NCBI GenBank assembly: GCA_024275975.1
Contig: JAJRYC010000038.1
Location: forward strand, 13,955-77,954
DNA length: 64,000 bases
Reading direction: 5' to 3'
From: Nitrospirota bacterium
GTDB taxonomy: Bacteria > Nitrospirota > Thermodesulfovibrionia > Thermodesulfovibrionales > UBA6898
The position numbers were made by a program, and so were the translations under genes. Below are positions 57,061-64,000 of this stretch, piece after piece. How positions within the stretch are numbered: position 1 is the stretch's first letter; every line of letters begins with the position of its first letter. The notes beneath the pieces were generated by a model. The model searched no databases. It had not been told where the DNA came from and saw only the letters and a program-made list of their open reading frames with translations.

Positions 57061-59295
57061 GTGACTATGGATACAAAAACAAAGGGACCGCAAAGTGTCC
57101 GTGAAAGCATGTATACCGGCGCTGTGTACGGGGTAATAGCCTGGATGATCTACGCGGTGGTCGAATATTTCTTCTCCGCCCTGCTCCCCTGGATCATGAA
57201 ACCGTCTCATACGTATATACCGGTTCATCGCGCCTTTACATTGCTGTTATTTGTTATTTATCCGGTTACCGGTTTGATCCTTGGAGCGTTATCCGGTCTC
57301 TGCCTTCGCGCAGCGGCCAAAGCCAACCTCTCTTCGGAAAAGACAGAGGCCTCGATGTTCGGCTCATCCGCTACGCTTACCGTTGTTCTCATTTTTAATG
57401 TAAACCTGTTATACATATGGCTGTTTACCGGTTATGACCCCCTTCCCCTTCTGCCCTCTTTCGGCATCTCCATCATCCTGCTGCTGGCGCTGGTGGTCAG
57501 CATAGCAAGCCCCCTATGGTACGGACGGTTGCGTTTCCTCACTAATCCCTGGACTGTTGCTATCGCACTGTTCGGGATACTGCCATGGGTGATGTACGAG
57601 CCCCTTCGGCACCAGACAAAGACTGTTATGGCCATTGCGGCGCTGGTTTACCCTATCGTTGTATTTTTGATTTCACTTATTTTCCATAAGATTGCAGCTG
57701 GACGCGCGACGCCCGTTTCTCCGGCCAGGGCGATGGCGTTCCTTATTCCTGTTTACTGTCTTGTCTTCGTTACAGGCCTGTTCCTTGAACAGACGCCCCT
57801 GCGCACGGGCCTGAAGGTGGAATCATCACTTAAAGACCCGGACAGGCCCAATGTCATACTGATCACCATGGATACAGTCAGGGCGGACCATCTGTCATTA
57901 TACGGCTATGAAAGGGACACCACTCCCAATCTCCGGAAGCTGGCCGAAGAGTCCACTCTCTACAACCAATCAATAGCCACATCAGACATAACACTGCCTT
58001 CCCACGCATCCATATTTACTGGACTTTATGCGAGAAGCAACGGCTCACATCATTTTTTCAGGACACCCACGGATGAAGATATGGCAAACCATTTTGCCAA
58101 CTGGCCCGCAACTCCGCTGCCATTAGCCGACAAATTCACCACACTTGCTGAAATTCTCTTTGGGAAAGGCTACTCAACAATGGCAGTTGTTGCTAACCCC
58201 GGGTATCTTGATTATCATTATAATCTTAACCAGGGCTTTAATTTCTATGACTACAGATCGCCGGTGATATTCCTCGGAAATGTCGTCGGTACGGTAAATC
58301 CGTTCTATCTCAGGCAGACCATCCATAATCTCATCTCCTGGATCATACCCGCGTCCGGTCGCGACAACACCTATCGCCGCGCCGGGGAAATTAACGAGGT
58401 TGTCTTTTCACTCATAGATAAGGCAAAGAAAGAAAATAACAGTTTTTTCATGTTCATAAATTATATGGACGCCCATACGCCTTACGACCCGCCGGCGCCA
58501 TATTACCTGCTTTTCCCCGGCAAGGATGAGACTTTCACGGAAGAACACTATCGTGAGATGGAAAGAGAGGTATCGGAACTCAGGAGAGAAATAACCGTCA
58601 AAGAGCGGCAGCATTTAGTGTCCCAGTATGATGGAGGGATAGCTTACGAAGACTATCATATCGGAAATCTGATCGCACGCCTGAAAGAGTCTGGTATGTA
58701 TGACAACTCTCTTATTATAGTCACCTCGGACCATGGTGAGGTCTTCGGGGACAGGAATTATATCGGGCACGGAAATTCAGTATATCAGAGCGAGGTCCGG
58801 GTCCCCCTCGTTATTAAATACCCTCAAAGCAGCCGGAAAGCCGTAGTTGATGAATTTGTGAGCGGTGTAGATCTTATGCCGACCGTCCTGGACGTCTTCG
58901 GCTATGAGATACCTGGAGATATTCAGGGCTCCAGTCTGCTGAAACCTGAAGACCTGTATAAAAGGAAAGTAATAAGCGAGTCATTCCCTGACCGTAACAA
59001 ACTTAGTTTCCATAAAAGATTTCATCGTATTGAACGGGCGATATTTTCCGGCACCGACAAATTTGTGGGCTCAACATCGGGTAAGCAGGAACTTTATGAC
59101 CTTTCAAAAGATCCGGAAGAGAAGGAGGACATCTTCAATGCCGACGACAGCGTATCCAGAAATATCAAGGCCGAATTAGACCAGTGGCTGGAGGATGTCA
59201 AGGAGGAGCTACCATCTAAGGAGGGGTCTGATTCCTATAAAGCACCCGATAAAGCAGTCCTTGATCGACTAAAAGCCCTGGGATATGTTCAGTAA
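57061..59295 (+). CDS. Polytopic membrane protein with C-terminal sulfatase-fold domain (LtaS/EptA-like architecture)
   Basis: About 7 N-terminal TMs, then NVILITMDTVRADHL and SDITLPSHASIFTG (Thr where sulfatases carry Cys/Ser), then TSDHGE. C-terminus LDRLKALGYVQ. Confidence 0.75.
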   Translation: MTMDTKTKGPQSVRESMYTGAVYGVIAWMIYAVVEYFFSALLPWIMKPSHTYIPVHRAFTLLLFVIYPVTGLILGALSGLCLRAAAKANLSSEKTEASMFGSSATLTVVLIFNVNLLYIWLFTGYDPLPLLPSFGISIILLLALVVSIASPLWYGRLRFLTNPWTVAIALFGILPWVMYEPLRHQTKTVMAIAALVYPIVVFLISLIFHKIAAGRATPVSPARAMAFLIPVYCLVFVTGLFLEQTPLRTGLKVESSLKDPDRPNVILITMDTVRADHLSLYGYERDTTPNLRKLAEESTLYNQSIATSDITLPSHASIFTGLYARSNGSHHFFRTPTDEDMANHFANWPATPLPLADKFTTLAEILFGKGYSTMAVVANPGYLDYHYNLNQGFNFYDYRSPVIFLGNVVGTVNPFYLRQTIHNLISWIIPASGRDNTYRRAGEINEVVFSLIDKAKKENNSFFMFINYMDAHTPYDPPAPYYLLFPGKDETFTEEHYREMEREVSELRREITVKERQHLVSQYDGGIAYEDYHIGNLIARLKESGMYDNSLIIVTSDHGEVFGDRNYIGHGNSVYQSEVRVPLVIKYPQSSRKAVVDEFVSGVDLMPTVLDVFGYEIPGDIQGSSLLKPEDLYKRKVISESFPDRNKLSFHKRFHRIERAIFSGTDKFVGSTSGKQELYDLSKDPEEKEDIFNADDSVSRNIKAELDQWLEDVKEELPSKEGSDSYKAPDKAVLDRLKALGYVQ

Positions 59296-59465
59296 CCACA
59301 TTTTCTCAGCTGATGAAATGCCATTAAATGCAGATATTTCAGAGTGTTAAGCTAAAAACCAAATAAAATACTTTAAGCTTATAAAACCTGGAACATTAGT
59401 GAAAAGCCGATCAGTCCCGATGGGTGAATTAATTTTGTAGAGGCTGATATTATAGATTTTTTGTA

Positions 59466-60740
59466 TTAATGCACGGAACATGATATGCAGGGATCATACG
59501 CCCTTACGAGCATCGCCGCGAGCAGTTCGAGTTCCATGTCGGTTTTCCCTCTTGCGGCATACTCTTTAGCAATGCCTTCAAGGTCGAGCTGTATATTGGC
59601 ATGATTCTGGCCGGTAGGAATTACGCAGTCGGATTTCACGATCCTTCCATCATCGTCAAACTCGTATGAGTGGTACAAAATTCCTATCGGGACTTCTACC
59701 GCAGCCACTCCAATACCGCTCCTGGCGATCACCTTCTGCCGTGAGTCCTTTAATTCCGAATCCAGCAGCTCATCAATCAGCCTGGTTGATTCCTTTACCA
59801 CATGAACACATTCCACTAACTGGGCGATATTGTTCATGAACGGATTATGGTTCACGGGCGTAAGGCCAAAGCTTCCGGCCACCTCCCTTGCCGCCGGGTG
59901 AAGAAATTCGAAGTTATTGTTCAGCCTGGCTAATGCACCGACCGCGAAAGACTCCCGGGAAAGACGGCACCACTTGGAGGTGGACTGCTCCGTCATATAC
60001 TCGTTTGTCATCTTTTTATAGTCCTCTTCCCTCATCCGAACGCCGTCACTTGATACCAGGTCTCCTCCGATAAACGGATAATCGCCATCCCCCTTCAAAG
60101 ATACGAACTCGGTCTCCCTGACGAAATCCGGCAGGCTGAATCCCCTGACAAGTTCTGCCACCAGCATAAGGTCTTCTACAATCTTTTTCAGCCGCTCACC
60201 GAAGCCGCGCAGTTCCTCTTTCTCCGGCAGCATCGTAAATCCGCCCACTACCGTCCTTGTAGGATGCATGCGGCGCCCTCCAACGCAATCACATATATCA
60301 TTGGCAAGCTTCTTAATCCTGGCAGCCCGGAGCACAACATCTTCGTGAGACTTTATTAAAGGAAAGACACTGCCGGTCTTCATAAAATCAGGCAGAACCA
60401 GGAAAGAAAGATGCAGTGTATGGCTTTGAAGCGTCTCCATATGTTTTAAAATGAGACGAAGTTTTTTTGTCTGTTCATCCGGAATAATCCCGAAGGCATT
60501 CTCCACGGCCCGGATACTTGTCAGTGTGTGGCCGATAGAACAGATCCCGCAGATTCTACCGGTTATCCAGGGGGCATTGTCCCATTTTTTCCCTTTCAGT
60601 ATGGCTTCAAAGAACCTGGGTGTCTCAACAACCTCCCACCTTGCCTCCATCAGTTTTCCGTTTTTTATCTTTATGCGGATATTGCCATGGCCTTCAACCC
60701 TTGAGAGGCGTCTGATATCCACATTACAGGTCTTTTTCAT
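59466..60740 (-). CDS. hydA: [NiFe]-hydrogenase large subunit, group 3b (sulfhydrogenase alpha) type
   Basis: N-terminal RICGICSIGH and C-terminal DPCISCSVH. 424 aa. Follows the beta-gamma-delta genes. Confidence 0.9.
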   Translation of the reverse strand: MKKTCNVDIRRLSRVEGHGNIRIKIKNGKLMEARWEVVETPRFFEAILKGKKWDNAPWITGRICGICSIGHTLTSIRAVENAFGIIPDEQTKKLRLILKHMETLQSHTLHLSFLVLPDFMKTGSVFPLIKSHEDVVLRAARIKKLANDICDCVGGRRMHPTRTVVGGFTMLPEKEELRGFGERLKKIVEDLMLVAELVRGFSLPDFVRETEFVSLKGDGDYPFIGGDLVSSDGVRMREEDYKKMTNEYMTEQSTSKWCRLSRESFAVGALARLNNNFEFLHPAAREVAGSFGLTPVNHNPFMNNIAQLVECVHVVKESTRLIDELLDSELKDSRQKVIARSGIGVAAVEVPIGILYHSYEFDDDGRIVKSDCVIPTGQNHANIQLDLEGIAKEYAARGKTDMELELLAAMLVRAYDPCISCSVH

Positions 60741-61533
60741 TTACGTTTCCTTTCTTCATAAGGGAGGAAAATCCACCGAAGCACTCCAGCCTGTCCAGAA
60801 GTGTCTCTTCCGAAAAACCCTTTTCCAACATAATCTTCTTCATCTGATCGAGATTCGGATCATCGGCCGGGCCGCGGCATCCCCAGCAGCCGGCCCTGTT
60901 ATCAGGGCACCATGAATCACATCCCGCCCTGGTGACAGGGCCGAGACATGGCTCACCCAGCTCAAACAGGCAGATATTTTCGTTTCGCTTGCACTCCATA
61001 CAGACCGGATACTTCGGGAAGACTATGGACTTTCCTATGGCAATGTGAAGTACGATCTTTTCCACTTCCTCCTTCTTTACAGGGCATCCGTATATCTTCA
61101 GGTCAACCTTCACAATCTCTTCAAGGGTCCTTACCGGTCCACTGTCTATCGGATGCCTGCCATAGACCTCTGTTTTTACAAAATTAAGGTCCTTAAACCG
61201 GTTCTTAAGCTGATTGACGCCGCCAAAACAGGCGCATGAACCCAGTGCCACAAGGACCTTTGCGTTTTTTCGTATCTTTTTCAGCCTCTTTACGTCATCG
61301 TCCCTTGTAATACTGCCTTCCACAAAGGCGATCTCATAGTCATCCGACTGTTCGGTCATGGCCTCGCGAAAGTTCACCACCTCAACCAGGGAGAGAAAAT
61401 CCAGGAGGGTATCTTCTTTATTCAATACCTGAAGCTGACAGCCCTCACACGACGTAAACTCAAAAAACGCGACTTTCGGACGATACAGCGGCACGCCGAG
61501 ATACGTCCTGGCCCCGGGTTCTCTTTCGTCCAC
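60724..61533 (-). CDS. hydD: [NiFe]-hydrogenase small subunit (delta)
   Basis: FTSCEGCQ proximal-cluster motif plus further Cys clusters (GSCACFGG; CMECK...C). GTG start. Confidence 0.85.
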   Translation of the reverse strand: MDEREPGARTYLGVPLYRPKVAFFEFTSCEGCQLQVLNKEDTLLDFLSLVEVVNFREAMTEQSDDYEIAFVEGSITRDDDVKRLKKIRKNAKVLVALGSCACFGGVNQLKNRFKDLNFVKTEVYGRHPIDSGPVRTLEEIVKVDLKIYGCPVKKEEVEKIVLHIAIGKSIVFPKYPVCMECKRNENICLFELGEPCLGPVTRAGCDSWCPDNRAGCWGCRGPADDPNLDQMKKIMLEKGFSEETLLDRLECFGGFSSLMKKGNVNEKDL

Positions 61534-61535
61534 TT

Positions 61536-62444
61536 TTATATCGCCTCCTTAAGGTTCATCACGGTCCAGTAGTCAAAGACAGGCCCCTTGAGACACGTGT
61601 ATGTTGATCCCACATTACAGCGGCAGCATTTTCCCATTCCGCAGTGCATCCGCCTCTCAAGCGAGACAAACATCTTCTGCATCGGGATATGAAATTCATT
61701 CAGCATGTTACAGACAAACTTAAACATTACCGGTGGGCCGCAGACAATGGCGTATGTATTATGATAATAGTCCCTGTCCTTCCCTGTCAGGATCTCCTTC
61801 AGCGGCTCGGTTATAAGCCCGGACGGACCTTTCCAGGACCTGTCCGCCTTCTGGACTATGATGTTCAGATCAATGTCGTCCTTGCGCCACATTTCGTGCT
61901 GATGGGTAAACAGAAGCTGGGAGGGGGTCTTTGTGCCGTACACAATGTTCACCTTATTAAAGTGGCTGCGATTTTCCATGACGTACGCGATAGGCGACCG
62001 AAGCGGCACAAGGCCAAGCCCGCCGGCAACCAGGATCACGTTCTGTCCATGCATCTCCTTCATCGGAAATCCTGTTCCGAAAGGGCCCCGGATCCCGACA
62101 TGGGTACCGCGCTTCACCCTCGGAAGAAAGTTTGTCAGGTTGCCCACCCTCCTTATGCACAGCTCCACCTCGCCGCGTACGCTTGCCGATGATGATATCG
62201 AGAAAGGCGCCTCGTCTATCCCCGGAAGTTCAAGCATAAGAAACTGCCCCGGCGTGAACACAAAACGATTTCTCTCCTCCGGATCTACTATCTGGATGCG
62301 ATAGAGTGTCTCCATCTCTGTAAGGGGGTAAATACTGGTAATCTCCGCCCTGTAGGAATATTCGAAACTTTTAAGGTCATCCCGCCTCTGCTGCTGTCTG
62401 TACGGCTGCGCGGCAATATCCACAAATTTCAGTTCAGGGTCCAT
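61536..62444 (-). CDS. hydG: Hydrogenase gamma subunit (FAD/NAD(P)-binding, PyrK/AsrB-like, C-terminal 2Fe-2S)
   Basis: Ferredoxin-reductase-like fold blocks (RFVFTPGQFLML, VAGGLGLVP) and C-terminal CGMGKCCRC. Confidence 0.8.
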   Translation of the reverse strand: MDPELKFVDIAAQPYRQQQRRDDLKSFEYSYRAEITSIYPLTEMETLYRIQIVDPEERNRFVFTPGQFLMLELPGIDEAPFSISSSASVRGEVELCIRRVGNLTNFLPRVKRGTHVGIRGPFGTGFPMKEMHGQNVILVAGGLGLVPLRSPIAYVMENRSHFNKVNIVYGTKTPSQLLFTHQHEMWRKDDIDLNIIVQKADRSWKGPSGLITEPLKEILTGKDRDYYHNTYAIVCGPPVMFKFVCNMLNEFHIPMQKMFVSLERRMHCGMGKCCRCNVGSTYTCLKGPVFDYWTVMNLKEAI

Positions 62445-63491
62445 TTATTCCTTCCCATCGGCGCGGATGCTTTCTATGACTTCCGGGACTGTTATTCCGG
62501 CAAGACATGATTCGCCGCAGCGTCCGCAGCCCACGCATAGCGACTCCTCAAACGCCTCGACAAATCCCCTGTGCTTGTGGTAGTAGCGGTATTTCAGCCG
62601 GCTGTGCCTTTCGGGCCTGAAGTTGTGCCCGCCCGCCACCTCGGCAAAATCAATCAGGTTGCAGGAGTGGAGAATCTTGGTTTTCTTCGCTCCTTTGAGA
62701 TTAATATCCACTGTCTCCTCCACGCCATAACAGTAACAGGTCGGACAGACACTCGCACATGTCCCGCATGCAAGACAGCGGTCACCCCAGTATTTCCAGA
62801 CATCTGACTGGAATTCCATATCCAGTATCTTTGTGAGATCGGTAGTGTCCACCTGCGCGGTGAATTCTTTCTTCCTCTTTTCAACCACCTTCATATACAG
62901 GATATGATCTTCCTCCATAGGTTCCATGGTCCTGATATGTCTCAAAAAATTGAATGCCGTGTTCGTGAGTATTTCGACAAAATATCGACCGCCAAGATCG
63001 GTAATAAACATATCAAAGCCGTGAAGCGCCGTATCCGTCCCCATTGAACGGCAGAAGCAGGAGGGCTGAGGAACACAGTTCATGCCTACAATAAACATGT
63101 TCTTTCTCTTCGCGGCATAGTAGGGCATGGGGTATACGCTGTGAAGCAGAACCTTGTCGAGTTTATTCAGCGCGTTGATATCGCAGGGATGAAGGCCGAA
63201 TAATATTAAGGGCCTGTCAATATTATAACTGATATCCTTCGTCCAGTTATCATTTTCTATCCGGAACGTAGCGAGTTCCTCCTTAAAGGGCAGGAAGAAC
63301 CGTTTTGCCGGTAGTTTTGTGATGGAATAATCGAGTTTTATCTCATTATAATCCGAGACATCGGAAAAGGCATAAACAGGCTGGTCATCCCTGTCTCTTC
63401 CAGCCTCAACAGCGCCTACGACCCTGTTATGCGCCACAAAAACCTCGAACAGTTTTTTCAACTCTTCTTTTTCAAATATCCTGAATATCAT
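62445..63491 (-). CDS. hydB: Hydrogenase beta subunit (AsrA-like 4Fe-4S protein)
   Basis: CLACGTCASVCPTCYC and CVGCGRCGESC ferredoxin motifs. First gene of the four-gene operon. Confidence 0.8.
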   Translation of the reverse strand: MIFRIFEKEELKKLFEVFVAHNRVVGAVEAGRDRDDQPVYAFSDVSDYNEIKLDYSITKLPAKRFFLPFKEELATFRIENDNWTKDISYNIDRPLILFGLHPCDINALNKLDKVLLHSVYPMPYYAAKRKNMFIVGMNCVPQPSCFCRSMGTDTALHGFDMFITDLGGRYFVEILTNTAFNFLRHIRTMEPMEEDHILYMKVVEKRKKEFTAQVDTTDLTKILDMEFQSDVWKYWGDRCLACGTCASVCPTCYCYGVEETVDINLKGAKKTKILHSCNLIDFAEVAGGHNFRPERHSRLKYRYYHKHRGFVEAFEESLCVGCGRCGESCLAGITVPEVIESIRADGKE

Positions 63492-63633
63492 TTTGGTGTA
63501 TTTAGTATTCGCAATTTCAAACTACATATATATATCAGCCATTTCCAGTCTTTCTTTAATCAGCCAAGGGTCCAATACATTAAATTTTATGGGCCTTCGT
63601 GAAATCGAGCGAGTCAATTTGGGGTTCCTCTCT

Positions 63634-63669
63634 TCCCCTCTTTGGTAAAGAGGGGTTAGGGGAGATTTT
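63634..63669 (+). repeat. REP-like palindromic element
   Basis: TCCCCTCTTTGGTAAAGAGGGGTTAGGGGAGATTTT differs from 53406-53441 at one position. Confidence 0.85.
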
Positions 63670-63885
63670 TTTAATCATAGGTGTCTCCATATTTCTCCCA
63701 GGATGTTAATTCACAGGTCAAAACCCAACAGATTCATTATCCCACACATTTACAATAAAGACCACAATTAAAACCATAGCAACATAGAATCTGATATGAT
63801 AAATGCAGATGGAAAGGCAGATAACATTAAGAAAAGTAATAGCCTTGATCAAATCCCTGAAAGAAGATATAAAAATGGAATATAG

Positions 63886-64000
63886 AGCATGCTTAATCCC
63901 ACCGCAAGTGACCGCAAAATCTCATTTAACATGACCGACGAATCCCATCTTGATTGACCGGCGAATCTCAAATTAAGTGACCGATTTTCGATGGAAATGG
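63886..64000 (+). repeat. Phased 23-bp direct repeats (at least 4 units), truncated by the window end
   Basis: TGACCG recurs at 63909, 63932, 63955 and 63978. An AATC(C/T)CA core recurs in the same phase at 63895, 63918, 63941 and 63964. Confidence 0.8.

Noticed and set aside
56587-57228. 213-aa minus-strand ORF spanning the sulfotransferase / LtaS-like gene junction
   Set aside because: Antisense to two well-supported genes. His/Arg-rich shadow composition, no RBS and no recognisable domain. The long antisense ORFs at 41146-41649, 44078-44596, 53682-54185 and 61644-62192 are rejected for the same reasons.
59466-60740. Selenocysteine (in-frame TGA) in the hydrogenase large subunit
   Set aside because: The C-terminal motif is DPCISCSVH with Cys codons. 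There is no internal TGA and no SECIS-like context.
63526-63535. (AT)5 dinucleotide run upstream of hydB as a phase-variation switch
   Set aside because: It is too short for efficient slippage. It is more likely part of an AT-rich -10 region.
63886-64000. CRISPR array
   Set aside because: The units are contiguous 23-mers with no spacers and are degenerate. No cas genes are in view. This is not a CRISPR architecture.

Overview
Dense, mostly housekeeping chromosomal segment of a diderm, apparently anaerobic bacterium. I cannot assign a species.

Gene content, left to right:
- 1-10.5 kb: a type II secretion operon on the minus strand, gspC-D-E-F-G-H-I-J-K-L, plus the start of a gspM-like gene.
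- 10.6-15.7 kb: a small accessory patch. It holds a lipoprotein, an exported double-rhodanese lipoprotein, a small secreted protein with a Cys tail, a beta-barrel porin, a decayed hicAB pair and a repeat-rich noncoding stretch.
- 15.7-29.5 kb: folP-ftsH, rph-murI-gerM-amidase, a LOG-family gene, treT with a partner gene, an M23 peptidase, a PAS-GAF-GGDEF cyclase, orphan 2-oxoacid:ferredoxin oxidoreductase beta and gamma genes, and a GNAT.
- 29.8-36.7 kb: an aspartate-family block (cimA, lysC, apgM-like, thrC), followed by a NIL / ThiS-MoaD-like / ThrC-like trio.
- 37-50.6 kb: mazG, mutS, gcvH-lpd, an unknown 459-aa protein, eno-ftsB, TPM-LemA, ytxH/DUF948, ribD.
- 51.2-59.3 kb: a six-gene cluster of two alkaline-phosphatase-superfamily enzymes, a small RHH protein, a membrane protein, a sulfotransferase and an LtaS-like enzyme.
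- 59.5-63.5 kb: a group 3b [NiFe] hydrogenase (hydBGDA).
- The window ends inside a phased 23-bp repeat array.

No rRNA, tRNA or CRISPR array was recognised.

Most unusual observation: four internal stop codons, all TAG, interrupt three otherwise intact conserved genes.
- gspD secretin: two TAGs, 12 codons apart.
- Outer-membrane beta-barrel: one TAG.
- Essential murI: one TAG.
- In each case the same reading frame continues with family-typical sequence on the far side.
- Eight other genes end at TAG at apparently natural termini, so a wholesale reassignment of TAG is not supported.

Other oddities:
- gspI and hicA each carry a single-base frameshift at a short homopolymer.
- korC has no canonical start codon.
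- The secretin carries a C-terminal domain resembling a subtilase propeptide.
- An 11-nt poly-C tract sits in a divergent promoter region.
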